Assembly (NCBI GenBank): GCA_031414955.1
Contig: JANOQV010000096.1
Span: forward strand, 1 to 19,798
Length of the DNA: 19,798 nt
Source of the DNA: Pedosphaera sp.
Lineage (GTDB): Bacteria > Verrucomicrobiota > Verrucomicrobiia > Limisphaerales > SIBH01
Reading direction: 5' to 3'
Of this stretch, positions 17,473-19,798 are shown in pieces. Below the pieces are notes generated by a model. That model ran no database searches. It had not been told where the DNA came from and worked only from the letters and a program-made list of their open reading frames with translations. The position numbers and the translations under genes were made by a program. Within the stretch, counting starts at the first letter, position 1, and every line of letters starts with the position of its first letter.

Positions 17473-17499
17473 CGGCGGGGCGGAGAGTCGGCCCGCGTG

Positions 17500-18483
17500 C
17501 TACTCGTGGACGAAAATAATCTTGCTCCCCTCCGCCACAAATTGTGTGGGGATGCGCCGCAGTGCCCTCAGTGCCGCCACGATCGGCTCGTGCTTCTCGC
17601 GCGGGGCGTAAAACATCAGAAAGCCCCCGCTGCCCGCGCCCAGGAGCTTGCCGCCCGTCGCGCCCGCCTGCCGCGCCGCCGTGTACCATGCGTCGATGGC
17701 CCCGTTGCTGATCTCGCCGGTGAGGCTCCGTTTCAACTCCCAGCCTTCGTGCAGCATCTCGCCAAAGCCGGCCGTGCTGTTCCCCTGGAGCGCCACCTTC
17801 AAGTCCCGTGCGAGCCGCACCATGCGCTGGAGCACCTGCTGTTTGGCCACGTTCGACGCCACCGCCTCCTGCTGCTTCTTCAAGATGGCCGACGCGCTCC
17901 GCGAGATGCCGGTGTAGAACACAAGCATGTTTTCCTGCAACGTCGCCAGCGTCTGGGCCTGGCACGCGATTGGTTCCACGCTCACGGAATCATCCGGGTG
18001 AAACTCGATGAAGTTGAACCCGCCGAAGGCCGCCGCGTACTGGTCCTGCTTGCCGATGGGTTCGGCGCAACGCTCCAGTTCGATCTGGCAGGCCTCCTGG
18101 GCGAGTTGCGCGGCCGAGGTGCCGCGCCCCTCGTACGCGTGCAGCGCGTGCAGCAGTCCTACCGTGAAGGCGCTTGAAGAACCCAGCCCCGATCCTTTCG
18201 ACGGGATGTCGGCGATGGAAGTGATCTCGAGGCCGCCCGGGCAGCCCAGCATCGTCATCGCCTCGCGCACCAGCGGGTGTTCGATCTTCTCCACTGTGTC
18301 CGCCTCCTCCGTGCGCGAATAGGAGACGCGGATGCGATGGTCGAACTTCTCGTTCAGCGTGAGATAGACGAACTTGTCGATGGCCGTGGACACGACCGCG
18401 CCGCCGAATTTGCGGTAGTAAGACGGCAGGTCGCTTCCGCCTCCGACGAAACTCATGCGCAACGGTGTCCGGCTGATGATCAT
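17500..18483 (-). CDS. hddA: GHMP-family sugar kinase, HddA-like (D-glycero-alpha-D-manno-heptose-7-phosphate kinase), 327 aa
   Basis: MIISRTPLRMSFVGGGSD, ADIPSKGSGLGSSS, IGKQDQYAAAFGG, GGKLLGAGSGGF. Real start is ATG 18483; the track's N-terminal extension to 18735 is spurious. Confidence 0.85.
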   Translation of the reverse strand: MIISRTPLRMSFVGGGSDLPSYYRKFGGAVVSTAIDKFVYLTLNEKFDHRIRVSYSRTEEADTVEKIEHPLVREAMTMLGCPGGLEITSIADIPSKGSGLGSSSAFTVGLLHALHAYEGRGTSAAQLAQEACQIELERCAEPIGKQDQYAAAFGGFNFIEFHPDDSVSVEPIACQAQTLATLQENMLVFYTGISRSASAILKKQQEAVASNVAKQQVLQRMVRLARDLKVALQGNSTAGFGEMLHEGWELKRSLTGEISNGAIDAWYTAARQAGATGGKLLGAGSGGFLMFYAPREKHEPIVAALRALRRIPTQFVAEGSKIIFVHE

Positions 18484-18735
18484 GCGCGGATGGTTGTAAG
18501 GGAACACCGGGCGAATGCCAAAAGCCAAATCAGTTTGCAGCACCCGGCAAGCGTGAGGGACTAATGCGGCAGAGCGAGAGGGGCGGCGGTGCTTTCGAGC
18601 GTCGGCAAGAGCACGTCCTGCCGAGAGCTTCTCGCGTGCGAGCGCGGTATCGTGTCGGACTTGCCCTGGCCGGATCGAGGCCGGGATCGCTGCTGCATCG
18701 CGAGGTTGGGAGGGAGCGAGCCGGGCAGGTTGCAA

Positions 18736-19230
18736 TCAAGTCCCACCCGGCGCGGACATTTTGGCCAGCGTGGCGGTGGTGGATTTGCCGGGGACGTGTC
18801 CGAGCAGGACCACTTTGCCGCCGGTACTCTCGATGAGGCGGCGCTCATCCTGATTCACCGTCTCCAAAGTGTAGTCGCCGCCCTTCACGTAAATGTCCGG
18901 CTGCACCGCGCGGAGGAAGGGCACGGCGTCGCGCTCCGGGAAGATGAAGACGGCCTCGACGCTTTGGAGCGCGGCCAGCACGAGAGCCCGGTCGGCTTCG
19001 GAATTGACCGGTCGCCCCGGCCCTTTCAATCCGCGCACCGCAGCATCGGAATTGACGCCCACGATCAGAGCGTCGCCTTGGTTCCGGGCAGCCTCGAGAT
19101 AGGTGACGTGACCGGCGTGGAGAAGGTCAAAGCAGCCATTGGTGGCCACCAGGCGCAGACCGCGCTGGCGCAGGCCGGCCCGCCAGGCGGGCAACTCGGC
19201 GGCGGTGAGTATTTTTCGGGCGCAGTTCAT
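18736..19230 (-). CDS. rfaE2: Stand-alone RfaE/HldE domain II nucleotidyltransferase (heptose-1-phosphate adenylyltransferase-like), 164 aa
   Basis: VATNGCFDLLHAGHVTYL (HxGH), GVNSDAAVRGLKGPGRP, PDIYVKGGDY, GKSTT. Start taken at ATG 19230. Confidence 0.9.
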   Translation of the reverse strand: MNCARKILTAAELPAWRAGLRQRGLRLVATNGCFDLLHAGHVTYLEAARNQGDALIVGVNSDAAVRGLKGPGRPVNSEADRALVLAALQSVEAVFIFPERDAVPFLRAVQPDIYVKGGDYTLETVNQDERRLIESTGGKVVLLGHVPGKSTTATLAKMSAPGGT

Positions 19231-19409
19231 GGGGCGGCATTTTGGGGTGCGCGGATGGTTTGGCAATGGTTCATGCGCGTGAACTGGTCCAAGGAGTGTC
19301 CTGAGAACGGGCGATGCCTTGCAGGAATGGGACAGTTTTCCGGGACACCAAGGGCGCTCAAGTGGTCCACCAGCTCTTCCACAGGCTGCGGGCAGGCCGG
19401 GCGGAGGGT

Positions 19410-19425
19410 TGGCACTGGCGTTGCT
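19410..19425 (+). promoter_or_regulatory. Sigma54 (RpoN) -24/-12 promoter of the pilin gene
   Basis: TGGCAC-TGGCG-TTGCT matches TGGCAC-N5-TTGC(A/T) exactly, ~100 nt upstream of the prepilin ATG. Confidence 0.85.
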
Positions 19426-19528
19426 AGGTCGGGGGTGCGGTCAGTGGAAGGCAATTGTGAACAAACACAGAAATGTTTAACCCGTCTCCACCTCGTTCAC
19501 GCCGCGTCAGTTAAAAAGGTTAATTCAT

Positions 19529-19798
19529 ATGAAGATCAATACATCACGCCGCAGCGCGTTCACCCTGGTAGAAATCATGATCGTGGTCGCGATCATCGGC
19601 TTGCTCGCCGCCATCGCGATCCCGAACTTCATCAAAGCTCGCGAAGCCTCGCAGAAGAATGCGTGCATCGCGAACCTCAAGCAGATCGACGGGGCCAAGA
19701 ACACCTGGGCGCTCGAAGAGAAGAAGATCAACACCAGCGTGCCGGTTGACACCGACCTGTATGGCAGCACGCTCTACATCCGCTCCAAGCCCGTCTGC
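19529..19798 (+). CDS. Type IV prepilin (N-terminal cleavage/methylation domain protein), truncated by the window end
   Basis: MKINTSRRSA|FTLVEIMIVVAIIGLLAAIAIPNFIKAREASQKNACIANLKQIDGAK...: class III signal with F+1, E+5. Absent from the ORF track because there is no stop in the window. Confidence 0.95.
   Translation, partial: MKINTSRRSAFTLVEIMIVVAIIGLLAAIAIPNFIKAREASQKNACIANLKQIDGAKNTWALEEKKINTSVPVDTDLYGSTLYIRSKPVC

Noticed and set aside
18484..18735. N-terminal extension of the GHMP kinase, or a structured RNA in this intergenic region
   Set aside because: Family homology begins at MIISRTP (18483); only short imperfect GC hairpins are present, with no recognisable ncRNA or riboswitch.
18589..19749. 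386-aa plus-strand ORF
   Set aside because: Antisense to rfaE2 and out of frame with the prepilin; shadow ORF.

Overview
GC-rich bacterial window. The style of the prepilin and small genes suggests Verrucomicrobiota, but that is an inference, not a search result. Left part (1-~12050) is an accessory island. It starts at the right end of an IS3-family element, followed by a LysM protein, a divergent HExxH protein, a degraded zone with one small membrane ORF, and an 'orphan' contractile-injection spike/effector operon on the minus strand: vgrG -> pentapeptide-repeat protein -> PAAR-like/DUF6531/Rhs toxin with an ADP-ribosyltransferase-like C-terminus -> DUF2169 adaptor. No T6SS tube, sheath, baseplate or membrane-complex genes are in the window, and no immunity gene follows the toxin. 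Right part (~12360-19798) is housekeeping: a small Cys-containing membrane protein, Hsp20, Lon protease, a LolA-like protein, a TPR-like membrane protein, an HddA-like heptose kinase, an RfaE2-like nucleotidyltransferase, and a type IV prepilin behind a sigma54 promoter (truncated by the window edge). The most unusual element is the spike module. VgrG has a ~135-aa Ala/Gly-rich helical insert interrupting its beta-helix, the Rhs has no transmembrane domain, and the DUF2169 and pentapeptide domains are separate genes flanking the toxin. All calls come from reading motifs by eye; no database searches were run.
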